DNA from: Squalus acanthias | Lineage: Eukaryota | Assembly: GCA_030390025.1 (NCBI GenBank) | Contig: CM059432.1 | Span: forward strand, 150,476,001 to 150,540,000 | Reading direction: 5' to 3' | Length of the DNA stretch: 64,000 nucleotides | Position numbers and translations under genes: made by a program | Shown here: piece by piece, positions 37,615 to 49,999 of the stretch | How positions within the stretch are numbered: the first letter of the stretch is position 1 | Layout of the letters: the number at the start of each line of letters is the position of its first letter | The notes under the pieces: model-generated | The model's database searches: none | What the model was told of the DNA's origin: nothing | Seen by the model: the letters and a program-made list of their open reading frames with translations, nothing else

Positions 37615-39420
37615 CATAGAAAAATAGGAGCAGGAGTAGGCCATTCGCCCTTTGAGCCTGCTCCGCCATTCAATATGATCATGGCTGATCCGCTCTCAAT
37701 ACCATATTCCCGCTCTCTCCCCATACCCCTTGATGCCTTTTGTGTCTAGAAATCTATCTACAGTATCTCCTTCTTAAATATATTCAGTGACTTGGCCTCC
37801 ACAGCCTTCTGTGGTAGAGAATTCCACAGGTTCACCACCCTCTGAGTGAAGACATTTCTCCTCATCTCAGTCCTAAATGTCCTACCCCGTATCCTGAGAC
37901 TGTGACCCCTCGTTCTAGACCCCCCGGCCAGGGGAAACAGCCTTCCTGCATCCAGTCTGTCTAGCAATGTCAGAATTTTATACGTTTCAATGAGATCGCC
38001 TCTCATTCTTCTAAACTCTAGTGAATACAGGCCTATTCGACCCAATCTCTCCTCATACGACAGTCCTGCCATCTCAGGAATCAGTCTGGTGAACCTTCGC
38101 TGCACTCCCTCTATGGTAAGTATATTCTTTCTTAGGTAAGGAGACCAAAACTCCACACAGTACTCCAGGTGTGGTCTCACTAAGGCCCTGTATAACTGTA
38201 GTGAGACATCCTTGCTCCTGTACTCAAATCCTCTTGCAATGAAGGCCAACATACCATTTGCCTTCCTAATTGCTTGCTACACCTGCATGTTTGCTTTCAG
38301 TGACTGGTGTACAAGCACACCCAGGTCCCTCTGTACATCAACATTTCCCAATCTATCACCATTTAAATAATACTCTGCCTTTCTTTTTTTCCTACTGAAG
38401 TGGATAGCTTCACATTTATCCATGTTATACTGCATCTGCCATGTATTTGCCCACTCACTCAACTTGTCTAAATCGCCTTGAAGCCTCTTTGCATCCTCCT
38501 CACAACCCCACCAAGTTTTATGTCGTCAGCAAACTTGGAGATATTACATTTGGCTCCCTCATCCAAATCATTGATATATATTGTGAGTAGCTGGGGCCCA
38601 AGCACTGATCCCTGCGGCACCCCACTAGTCACCGCCTGCCACCCTGAAAAAGACCCATTTATTCCTACTCTCTGTTTCCTGTCTGTTAACCAATTTTCAA
38701 TCCATGCCAGTATATTACCCCCAATCCCATGTGCTTTAATTTTGCACACTAACCTCTTATATGGGACTTGATCAAAGGCCTTCTGAAAATCCAAATACAC
38801 CACATCCACTGGTTCTCCCTTATCTATTCTACCAGTTACATCCTCAAAAAACACAAGTAGGTTTGTCAAACACGATTTCCCTTTCATAAATCTATGTTGA
38901 CTTTGTCTAATCCCGTTGATATTTTCTAAGTGTCCTGTTATCACATCCTTTATAATAGACTCTAGCATTTTCCCTACTACTGATGTTAGGCTAGCCGGTC
39001 TGTAGTTCCCTGTTTTCTCTCCCTCCTTTTTTAAATAGTGGGGTTACATTTGCCATCCTCCAATCTGCAGGAACTGTTCCATAATCTATAGAATTTTGGA
39101 AGATGACAACCAATGCATCCACTATTTCCATGGCTACCTCTTTTAGTACTCTGGGATGCAGATTATCAGGCCCTGAGGATTGATCAGCTTTCAGTCCCAT
39201 TAATTTCTCCAGCACTATTTTTTCACTAATACTAATTTCCTTTAATTCCTCCTTCTCACTAGACCCTTGGTTCCCTAGCATTTCTGGGAAGTTATTTGTG
39301 TCCTCTTCTGTGAAGACAGAACCAAAGTATTTGTTTAATTGCTCAGCCATTTTCTTGTTCCCCATTATAAATTCTCCTGTTTCTGACTGTAAGGGACCTA
39401 CATTTGTCTTCACTAATCTT
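37615..39420 (-). mobile_element. CR1 LINE RT domain to 3' tail
   Basis: ORFs 38991-39413, 38468-38968, 38277-38462 and 37758-38252. Confidence 0.95.
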
Positions 39421-40849
39421 TTTATTTTTATTTTTACATACTATCCTGGGGAGAGAAGGAAGCCTGTAGCCGGCTCTATTGTTAATCCAGTCAGCCTTCT
39501 GCTTGTTATCCTTAACCAGATACTTTCAGTCTTCTTCCAGGACATCAAGTCGCATTCCTTCATTTTCAAATTCTTTTGAAGATATAAAGCTACTCTTCTC
39601 CTTTCCATTTTTTTCTACCCCTTTATTACATCATATACACCTGCATGCATTTACAGTGATGGACACATCTATCGAATCTCCATGACCATTGCATTCCTGC
39701 ACTGAACTCTCTGCCTTGGGACAACCACTTTTTCCACTGTGCCACAGCCTTGCTTGTGATTGCCCAGCGTTATCGCCTTTGGAACTGGTATTCACTGTTG
39801 AGTACATTTGCCACGGCTATGCCCCCAGGGACCCCTGTACTTCATTCTTACTCCTCTTCACCTCGATGGATGGACGCCTGCTCCCAGTCCTTGCCCTCTA
39901 TCACTGTCTTCCTGTCGGGTCACCACCGCATAGAACGTATGTGACAGAGTGTCTCCTGCTGTTCCTCACACTCAGTCATTTTGAGTTTAAGCACATGCAG
40001 CTGCAAATGTGCTTGACCCAGATGCTCAAACCATCCAGGAACTCCCACACCCAGCAAGACTGGTACAACACTGGTCACTGCAAACTTTATCTAACTTGAA
40101 CTATAAAAATGTAAACTTATAATGCATAATATAAATGGAACTATTACTAATGAATCTTGAGAGAAAGTTGAACTTTACTTAAAAAAAAATTAAAATTCCG
40201 TCTCCACTCCAGCTGTATACAGTGGCATTAAAGTCACCCCCACATACCATCAATGAGATGCAGTTGCTTCCCCTTACTCGGGAGGTTTCAAAATGTGGAC
40301 ACTTACAGGTGTTAAACTACAATGTTTTAATATTTCCAGCAAACACCAATTCTCTGCATTCCCCAATGCACAACTCTAAAAAAGATTCTCCTTCAGTCTC
40401 CGATCCTTTAGTCAGTAAAGGATCAGGGACAGAGGGAGAGACAGACTGAAAGATTGGAGACAGAAGAATATGCTCTTTTAGCGTCGTGCATTGAGAAATC
40501 TGTCAGAGTGAACTCTGTACATCTTCAAAGTACCAGTATTAACATTTTCTTTCAATTCCCATATAATATGCCTACAGCTATTCTTGAACACCTCTTTCTA
40601 CATCTCTATATGCTTAACTTCCATTTGGACCACTACCAGCTCCTCTCCCACTTCCTGCACTAGCCCACCTACCCTTTCCTCAACAGTCAGAATCTAAGCC
40701 CCATAGACAAATTACTGACTCTTTAGCTTGAGCCTTAGAACAAAAGTGATTGTCCAACAATCGCACCACTGAATCTTGTACAACTACAATCTCCTTTTTC
40801 TATCTACAACTTCACTAAGCTTCCCCAAGTATCGCTAATATTTTTTCAG

Positions 40850-41130
40850 TTTCCTCTTCCTAACACCCTTAGTATTATCAAGTGCCTGAAACCTACTGAA
40901 CACCATTATCACCAATGTTCTTCCTATTTTTCTTACAGCCTCTCTTTACTGTAACAAAGTTATTGCCTTCTTTGTTAGCCATTTCCATAGCATGCGCTTT
41001 ATATACCACAGTTGTCTCTTCCACTGAGTCCAACTGTGTATCATCTATGAACATTTTACACTCACCAATCCCCAAGAGCATAACAACCCTATTCTCCAGT
41101 TCCTTTATTCCTCTCCTTCAGACCCTTGAT
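40850..41130 (-). mobile_element. Very old CR1-like RT remnant
   Basis: CKMFIDDTQL resembles [10 protein letters not shown]. Confidence 0.4.
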
Positions 41131-41324
41131 TAATCTAACAGTGTTTACAATAGCCATGCCTGAAGCCTTCAGTTCTAATAACCATAACGATAACACAGCA
41201 CACACAAACCATTGCTCTCATTTCACCTTCCATACCCCTCAGCAACTGAGAGCTTGATCTACAAAATATGTATAAACTTCTTGCGACCTTAAAATGTCCT
41301 TTCCTGCCCTAATATATATTAATA

Positions 41325-41668
41325 CAGGAAACTCTCGTTTAAACGGCACCTAAATATCCGGAATTCTCTAATAACTGGCAGAATTCATACTCCAAAAACT
41401 ACAGTATACAGTCGTTTATAAGTTTTGTTTTACTGTTAAGTAATTAAAGAGTTATGGATTACCCTCAACTGACATTACTGTACTTAATCAAACATCTTCC
41501 ACCATCCATTTAACACAACATTCTGTCGGGGAGTGCCCAATTATACTGCACATTTCTTGATTTTTTTATTTTTGTTTGTTAAAAATAGCCTCGGTAGATA
41601 TACCTCTCCGTTATCCGGAATTTTTAATCAACCGGCACCATCGGTGCCTGATACGAAAGAGTTTCCTG
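41325..41668. mobile_element. pogo/Tigger-like MITE with termini related to 25530-25862
   Basis: TA-CAGGAAACTCTCGTTT...AGAGTTTCCTG-TA. Confidence 0.85.
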
Positions 41669-41917
41669 TACAATTTCTGGCCTGGCCCGGCCCGGCCCGG
41701 CACTGTTCTCTCTGGGAAATACTCTGGTTCTTTTCCACTAGCGGTGCTTATGCCATTTGCCACACTCTCTCCAAGACAGCAGTCTCCCGCTCCAGATCCC
41801 ACTGTTACTAGACATGCTCTACTGCTACTGGCCCACTGTCTTTCAGTCTCTGGATTACTGCTACTGAATTGAGAGGTCGCACAACACCAGGTTATAGTCC
41901 AACAGTTTTATTTTAAA

Positions 41918-41955
41918 TCACAAGCTTTCGGAGTTACAACTCCTTCGTCGGGTGA
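41918..41955 (-). ncRNA. Mirror copy of the minimal hammerhead motif
   Basis: Exact reverse complement of 42159-42196. Confidence 0.7.
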
Positions 41956-42158
41956 AGTGAGGAGATACAGAATCGTCAAAGCATATATAGATAGAGAACA
42001 ATGCATGTGTAACTTACAATTGCAGCTGACCTGATTAACTTTATCGCACCTCGGCAGATAAACAGTCAGGATGATTGAATTTAGTTGTCTGCAATTGTAA
42101 GTTACACATGCATTGTTCTCTATCTATATATGCTTTGACGATTCTGTATCTCCTCACT

Positions 42159-42196
42159 TCACCCGACGAAGGAGTTGTAACTCCGAAAGCTTGTGA
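42159..42196 (+). ncRNA. Minimal type I hammerhead ribozyme motif (core variant)
   Basis: TCAC-CCGACGA-A-GGAG-ttgtaa-CTCC-GAAA-GC-TT-GTGA: stem I TCAC/GTGA, stem II GGAG/CTCC, palindromic AAGCTT stem III; C in place of the usual U4. Confidence 0.7.
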
Positions 42197-43368
42197 TTTA
42201 AAATAAAACTGTTGGACTATAACCTGGTGTTGTGCGACCTCTCAATTTTGTCCACCCCAGTCCAACACCGGCATCTCCGCATCATTACTGCTACTGCCCA
42301 GCCTCCTATGCACCACCCTGCCCCCACCCCATTATCTCAATCTGTCACTGATCCTTCCCATCCCTTTCCTTCTCTCTTTCACTGCAAGCTGCCTCTGGCA
42401 CTGTTGCACACTCTCATTTTCTGAGGTTTGATGTTGCTCTGCTCTATCCCATTCACTCTCTGAACAAGCTGCTGGCTCTCTCCACTGCTCTGATTATTCA
42501 ACAACCTGAAGTTGTTGCTAAAAGCATGATGACTGAAATAATTTCTCTCAACATCTTTTTTCAAAGATCTAGAAAATTAGTTTTTTGTCTTAAACTCGCC
42601 ATAAATTCAAATGTAGCTTTGGATAGGTTTTGCCATCCTGGAATTCGATCAGTTAACACAATTATCCCATCATTCACGGGGGCATAGTCAATCTTCCGCT
42701 ATGCTGTGCCATGTCACTGTGGGAGGCTTTGAGCAGGGGTCTGGCACTAGGAAGGAGGAAACTGAAGAAACCAGTCAACACAGACCTCTCTCAGGTACGT
42801 AACTGGCAACTAGCTTAGGAATGACACAGGCCTGAGAACAGGACACCGATCTGACCTCTTGGCTACAGGATGGCTTAGTTAGAACAAAATCGGAGACAAT
42901 GCGGGAAGGAATAAAAAGGGTGACAAATCCTCCAAACAAAAACATTACTTATTTGAAATTTCAATAATAATTCATTAAAATATCCGTACAGCCAAGTTAA
43001 TCAAATGCTGAGCGCACGTCCCTTTTTATCTGCTATAAACTTAAAAGAACAAATTTATAATATTGAAGCGTTTAGAATTGTTTTCACATACCACACTGCA
43101 AATTGAATGTTTTTTTTCTAAACAACTTTTTTTTTTAATACATCGCTGGATGAATCCTATCTCTTTACGGTAAAATAAACTGTTTATAAATGTGCACGGA
43201 TTACAATGGTCAGCTATATTCCAAGTACAAAGAAATAATCCCATTCAATGGGCTCTTAAACCAAGAGCAGGCGTTCAACGGTTTGGGACACAGGGATTGG
43301 ATTAGTACAGACCTTTTTGTCTAGAATATAAAACATAGTGAATTTCCTTTTTGAAATGATTTTCTTAC

Positions 43369-43442
43369 CATTGTAAAGCAGTCCAGAATTCCTTTTGTTT
43401 GATGTGGAAGTTTTCCAGTGCCGTTTGAAGATGATAGTAGTC
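43369..43442 (-). CDS. Candidate internal exon of an unidentified host gene
   Basis: Bounded by ..TCATACAG| and |GTAAGA on the minus strand in repeat-free DNA; open frame DYYHLQTALENFHIKQKEFWTALQ; an alternative acceptor lies at 43489. Confidence 0.3.
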
Positions 43443-45394
43443 CTGTATGACGTTGGGCAAAAGGTATTACCAATGTTATGGTGTAGGACCTGTAGGTATA
43501 TGGGATCATGTGATAGGACCGGCAGTATTACCAGGTTATAGCTAAACAGTAAATCACAGGAAAATTCACTATATTGTATATATAGGATAACAGAGAACTG
43601 TACTAAATACAAAAATATATTAAGGGGTTTCGATTAGATCTCTATCAGAAAACTCCTTGATGTGCAAGTACTTTAAGAACATATCTAAATAAAACTTACT
43701 GCTTTTTAGAAGTTCAAAAAACATACATATATTCAGTGTACTGGTGCATTGAAAAAATAATTAAAATACACATATTCACAACTGAGACACAGTTAAATGC
43801 AGAATCTGAAGGTGTATCTACTATCAATTGAAGAAGCCACAAACCTGACCCTGACTAACAGAAAAAAGCAGAGATATCAATTACAGGCCATGGTGAAAAA
43901 CTGGGGGGTGGGGGAAGGAGTAGGCTGTTCTGACCAGGTTTAGAAATGAGCAGTGAGGGCAGAAACCAGCTGCTCCCCACTAGTCCCAAACCAACTCCAG
44001 ACTCCTCTTGGTAGGTATTTCCAAACACAGCACCGGATGCTAATTGGTGAATCTCCCACAAAATATCATCTGCCTAAGACAAAACAATTAATTTAAAATA
44101 ACTACAAAATTCAGAAGTCTTATGTTGGAGTCTGGCAAATATTAGTCAATCCAACACATTAGGCTGTTGGCATTCTTGGCCTCACTATCTCTTCTGATCG
44201 GAGATGGAACTCTCACATCTACTCCAATTCTATAATTCTCTCCACAAAGCTCAATTTCCCATTTTGTGCCAAACACTTCTTTTTCTTTAACAGTGCTTAA
44301 CTTTCTATACCGCTCAAATCGGTCAAAGACTTGCATACTGTTGCCGTATCTGGGAATACTGCTCTAACACCTACTGTGCACTCCTGGACAGGTACAAGTA
44401 AAAGCTGTTCATCTAATGGGCAATTCCTCTCTCACCCTACCCTCCAATATTTCGGTCATCATCACAACCTTTCATATCTTTCTCTATTTTCATTCAAACT
44501 ACTACATTTGGTGCTCCTTGTTCCTCCTAAGCTCCAACTTCTAGATGTTATTTTCTCCTTCCTGCATCCTCACTCTGTTGAAATAAAAGACTTCACATAC
44601 CAGGTCCTCAAAACTATAGAACTTCTTACACTTCCTCAGTCTTCCCTTTGTACTATAACCCACAGAATTTTATAGCCCATCCTAGATATCACCTAACCAC
44701 TATTACTTGATCGCCCTTGACTTCTCTCTACTCTTTTGTACCTTGGCAATGTCCTTCACTATTAGCCTTGCATAAAGATTTTTAAAAAAAATCAATTTGT
44801 AGGCTTCCTGCTCACTCAATGAACTCTAATCAATGAGAGTGACACTGCCCCTCAACCTGGGGTGAGGCAGTGATTTGAAACACTTGATGATCTAAACCAT
44901 CATTCTGTAAAAAAAGCTATGCCTGACCACCAACAAATGAAAGCACTATGCTAATGGTCCATGGTTCACCCATTCCCCCAAAACCAAACTGCTGAGAAGA
45001 CACATAAATAGGGCAGCGTTTATTTGCAACACCAGTGGGTTGGACCAGATTTCTGATTGGTCCCCTTGGCGGACAAGACACACCCAACAGTTTGGCTGGA
45101 ATGTGCAATTTGATCCTGCCTGCTGTAGAAACCCTGCAATGTGTAATTAGATCCAGTCGTCAGTCAGCCTACAGAAAGTGGAAGTGTAGTTAGCCTCGTG
45201 AACATCCTCTGTTATCTAGTGTTCTGCAATTGTAATTATAGTTGTCCTTGGCTGGAAAGAGAAAATATTTTATATTCTAATTAGTGGATTTAGAGTTTTA
45301 TTTTTTTTCCTGCTGGAAGTGTTAAAAATTCTTTAATTCTGAATGAAGGGTCCGTGTGTGTGTGGTTTGCCGATGCTTTTGTGTTGGGTGCACA

Positions 45395-45483
45395 CCCAAC
45401 CTACTGATACACCAGCGAGTTCACACTGGGGCGAGGCCGTTCACCTGCTCAGTGTGCGAGAAGGGACTCACTAATTCATCCAC
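45395..45483 (+). pseudogene. Isolated C2H2 zinc-finger fragment
   Basis: [28 protein letters not shown] contains an HTGE(K/R)P-type linker and half-fingers. Confidence 0.8.
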
Positions 45484-45589
45484 GTCTAACAGAGGGGGAG
45501 AACGTGATCTGTCTTCCCATCTGGATCATGTTCTCGCTTTCATCCCCCACCCCCCCCCCCCCCCAACATTTTAGACCTGGATCATGTTC

Positions 45590-45790
45590 TTCCCCCATTC
45601 CCACTGTTCTCTCTCTGCTCTAAACCCACAACCCCCGAGTTCCTGACCTTCTCCTTCCCCCCAACCCCGAGGTCCTGACTTTCTCCTCTCACTCCCCCCC
45701 CCCACCCCCCGCCCCGAGATCTTGACCTTCTCTTCCCTCCCCACCCCGAGTTCCTGAACTTCTCCCGCCCCCCATCCACCCCACCCCACC
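45590..45790. repeat. C-rich degenerate minisatellite (about 30-bp units)
   Basis: CCCCGAG(T/G/A)TC(C/T)TGA..TTCTC repeated about 4-5 times. Confidence 0.7.
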
Positions 45791-45839
45791 CAAACCTTCT
45801 CCACAGGAAGCCGAGGAAAGCATGGTTGAAGCTGCAGCC

Positions 45840-45965
45840 CTGCATATGCGCGCTTGGAACCTCCAGTGTGCATGCGCAGCCACAATGTCAGGTGCGCATG
45901 CGCGGTTCCGGTGGAGGGGCAGGACTGTGTTTAGACTCCGCCTCCATACAGTGCACATGCGCAGA
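45840..45965. promoter_or_regulatory. Promoter-like cluster of NRF1, ETS and GC-box motifs
   Basis: Perfect TGCGCATGCGC at 45893-45903, three variants at 45842, 45868 and 45952, TTCCGG at 45906, CTCCGCCTCC at 45936. Confidence 0.5.
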
Positions 45966-46556
45966 AGGATACAGAAGACCCCGTGCAAATAATCACAGTA
46001 TAAATGGGGGTTAATAGCTCCATAGGTCACCTTATTCTTTTGTTTCTGAGCAACAAAGCTATCCACCCTTTGCAACAATACTATCCACGACTGAACAATC
46101 CTAATCAAGTATCTTAAGGAGAAGACAAGGACTAAACCTCCACAAATCACAAAAAAGAACCAAAAATTATCAAGTGTGTTAATTGGTCAATAAAAAAAAC
46201 ACAAACCAAGCAGTAAATATAGCTTCAACATAAGCCCATTCTCTCTTGGGCCATCACACGCATTAGAAAAAACAAGTAGCAAGCAGGAAAATTGCAGGCA
46301 AGTAGCAGCACCAACATATAAACTGGGCCTAAATTAAAATTGATGAATCAATTCCTTGCTTTCCAAATGTGGCTGATTTAGCCAGTCCCGCAGTAGTCAG
46401 CGAGTTCACACAGCAGTCATTGGCCTGAATTTTTACCTCGCGTCAGGAACCCAGAAGTTGGAGAGGTGCCTTTAGCCACTGCAATTCAATCAGACTCCCT
46501 GGTTGCCCGACCAATTAACGGGAGCGGGCGTAATGACGTCACGTATGACTCGAATT

Positions 46557-47608
46557 CATAAGAACATAAGACGTAGGAGCAGGAGTAGGTCATTTGGCCC
46601 CTCGTGCCTGCTCCGCCATTCAATAAGATCATGGCTGATCTGATCTTGGCCTCAACTTCACTTCACTGCCCGCTCCCCATAACCCTTAACTCCCTTATCG
46701 TTCAAAAATCTGTCTATCTCCACCTTAAATATATTCAATGACCCAGCCGCCACAGCCCTCTGGGGCAGAGAATTCCACAGATTCACGACACTCAGAGAAG
46801 AAATTCCTCCTCATTTCCGATTTAAAAGGGTGCCCCCTTATTCTGAAATTATGCCCCCTAGTTCTAGATTCCCACACTCCATTTGCCTTCCTAATTACTT
46901 GCTGTACCTGCATGCTAACTTTTTGTGATTCATGTACAAGGACCCCCAGATCCCTCTGTACCTCAGCATTTTGTAATCTCTCCCCATTTAATTAATAATA
47001 TGCTTTTTTATTTTTCCTACCAAAGTGGAAAACCTCGCATTTTCCCCACATTAAACTCCATCTGCCAGATTTTTGTCCACTCACTTAGCCTATCTATATC
47101 CCTTTGGAGATTCTTTGCATCCTCCACACAATTGGCTTTCCCACCTATCTTTGTATCATCAGCAAATTTGGCTACATTACACTCAGTCCCTTCATCCAAG
47201 TCATTAATATAGATTGTAAATAGTTGAGGCCCCAGCACTGATCCCTGTGGCACCCCACTAGTTACAGTTTGCCAACCGGAAAATGACCCATTTATCCCGA
47301 CTCTCTGTTTTCTGTTAGTTAGCCAATCCTCTATCCATGCTAATATATTACCCCCAACCCCGTGAGCTCTTATCTTGTGCAGTAACCTTATGTGGCACCT
47401 TATCGAATGTCTTCTGGAAATCCAAATACATGACATCTACTGGTTCCCCTTTATCCACCCTGCTTGTTACATCCTCAAAGAACTCCAGCAAATTTGTCAA
47501 ACATGATTTCCATTTCATAAAACCATGCTGACTCTGCTTGACTATATTATGATTTTCTAAATGTCCTGCTATCACTTCCTTAATGATGGACTCCAGCATT
47601 TTCCCAAT
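46557..47608 (-). mobile_element. CR1 fragment with internal deletion
   Basis: ORFs 47348-47632, 47017-47436 and 46725-46913. Confidence 0.9.
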
Positions 47609-47715
47609 GAGGTATTTAAAAGAGCAATGCACAGACGACAGTTGAAGGTTGGTGGAGGTGGAACATAGGTTGCTGGAAAAAATTTGATATTGTTCTATAC
47701 TAAAAAAATGCAGGC

Positions 47716-48365
47716 TACATAGGATTACATAGGATATACGGCACAGAAACTAGCCATTCGGACCGACCAGTCCATGCCGGCGTTTATGCTCCACACGAGC
47801 CTCCTCCCGTCTTTCCTCATCTAAATCTATCAGCATAACACTCTATTCCCTTCTCCCTCATATGCTTATCTAGCCTCCCCTTAAATGCATCTACACTATT
47901 CGCTTCAACCACTCCCTGTGGTAGCGAGTTCCACATTCTCACCACTCTTTGGGTAAAGAAGTTTCTTCTGAATTCCCTATTTGATTTCTTGGTGACTATC
48001 TTATATTGATGACCTCTAGTTTTGCTCTTCCCCACAAGTGGAAACACTCTCTCTGAATCTACTCCATCAAAACCTTTCATAATTTTAAAGACCTCAATTA
48101 GGTCACCCTTCTTTTTTCAAGCGAAAAAAGACCCAGCCTGTTCATACTTTCCTGATAGGTGTACCCTCGCATTTCTGGTTTCATCCTCGTAAATCTTCTC
48201 TGTGCCCTGTCCAGTGCCTCTATATCTTTTTTATAATATGGCGACCAGAACTGTACGCAGTACTCCAAGTGTGGTCTAACCAAGGTTCGATACAAGTATA
48301 GCATAACTTCACTACTTTTCAATTCTATCCTTCTGGAAATAAACCCTACTGCCTGGTTTGCTTTT
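47716..48365 (-). mobile_element. CR1 3' fragment
   Basis: LVRPHLEYCVQFWSP and FFTQRVVRMWNSLP. Confidence 0.9.
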
Positions 48366-48617
48366 AGAAGCATAGAAGGTAGGAGCAGGAGTAGGCCATT
48401 CGGCCCCTCGAGCCTGCTCCGCCATTTAATGAGATCATGGCTGATCATCCAAATTCAGTACCCTGTCCCTGCTTTCTCCCCATATCCCTTGATCCCTTTA
48501 GCCTTAAGAAATATATCTAACTCCTTCTTGAATATATTTAATGAGTTGGCCTCAACTGCCTTCTGTGGTAGAGAATTCCACAGGTTCACCACTCTCTGGG
48601 TGAAGAAATTCCTCCTG
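48366..48617 (-). mobile_element. HER1-like CR1 3' end
   Basis: Near-identical to 17405-17650. Confidence 0.9.
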
Positions 48618-49999
48618 GTAACAGAATTAAATATCATGCAGCCACATGGCATACCACAGTTACTCATGTTGACTTGATGTCAGCAGCCACTGAAATAAGA
48701 TCATATACATAATGGTAACTTAAAACATCATAACAGTTCGAATTAATGTCTTTACTCTCCCACAGGCCCATCAACTGTCTTCCTCCTCTGGCTGGACAGT
48801 AAGGGAAGACGACTCCTCAGAGGAGGTCGTGGACTCTGAGGGTGCACCATCACCGGGCCCATGCACACCAAGCACCAGCGCAGATACACACGTCGGTGGG
48901 TCCACTAAGTCAAAAAGTAGTGTTTTCACCTGGTGTCTCACACATCAGGTGAGCAGGAGCAGATGGTGGAGACAGGGGCAGCAGTGGAGAGTCCTTTTCA
49001 GCGGGAGCAGGACACTCCAAGCAATGCTCAGCTGGACAAAGATGCTGAACCTCGGGGGCCGTCGACAAAGCGAATTTTGGAGGAGCAACAGAAAACACAG
49101 GAGGCTCTGGCAGGATTTCCAGCCGCGATGTGCTCGCTTGCAGGGAGAATGGAGGAGTCCCTCTCCAGCATGACTGGCATGATGTCGCAGACCAGTGCAA
49201 TGTAGTATTCGTCCATGGAAAGGGTAGCCACCTGCATGGAGCATCAAAGGTGGCATTCAACCGAGTGCATGCTTGCTCTGACCAACACCTTGCACACTCT
49301 GAATGCAACCTTATCTAGGATCTAGACTTGGCTGTTCATTGCCCCACTGTGCAGCAAAGTGCTCTTCAGCTCCTTGCTAGCAGGGAAGTGCGGGTGGGCC
49401 ATGAGAGGGATGATAGTGAGAGGGGACATGGAAGTGGGGCTCTGCTCAAAGCGCTCCCACTTCTCCCCCATTGCCTCCTCCTCAGTCAGAGCCCCACATG
49501 CTGCCCCTTGCCCTGATGGCAGAGTCTGCCCCTGCACAGGTGCAGGAGGAGCAGTCTTTGGCAGACAGGCTCCAAAACCCAGAGGACCGCCACCAAAAGT
49601 ATCTAAGCAGTCAGAGCAGGGAAGTAAGCAGCATTCCTCTACCTTTGCTGAAGCCAGAGGTTGCGCGGCGTAGGAGTGGCAGGAAGAGGAAGACTAAAGA
49701 ATTCTAGATGCACAAGGGTATTCACATGGGTATGTTACAAAATGTTAGATTGTTAAGTTTCTGTTTACTTTTTGAGCCACATGAAATTATTTCTTTGCAC
49801 CACTTTCCCATCTTGTCCATTCTTGCCTGCTGCCTGGCAAGTAGTCTGGTCAGTTGGAGTGAATGGTAAGACATTATTTAACTTCGAGCAATGGGTGAGA
49901 GAGACAGAACTGCTTTGTGGTGTGGGGGGCGGGGGTGGTAGTTGGTTCAATATCTGGGTGCCATATGGGTACACTGGTGCAACCTAACTAAATCGTGCC

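Larger units (their letters stand above)
41867..42283 (+). mobile_element. Penelope-like non-coding insertion: inverted pseudo-LTR pair plus a short tail
   Basis: Perfect 159-bp inverted arms 41867-42025 and 42089-42247; 36-bp asymmetric tail; 13-bp TSD ATTACTGCTACTG (41854-41866 and 42284-42296). Confidence 0.85.

Noticed and set aside
43369..43489. Mitochondrial-carrier-like reading (..IPFAQRHTGL..KGILDCF)
   Set aside because: The Px[DE]xx[KR]x[KR] signature is absent; the resemblance is probably chance
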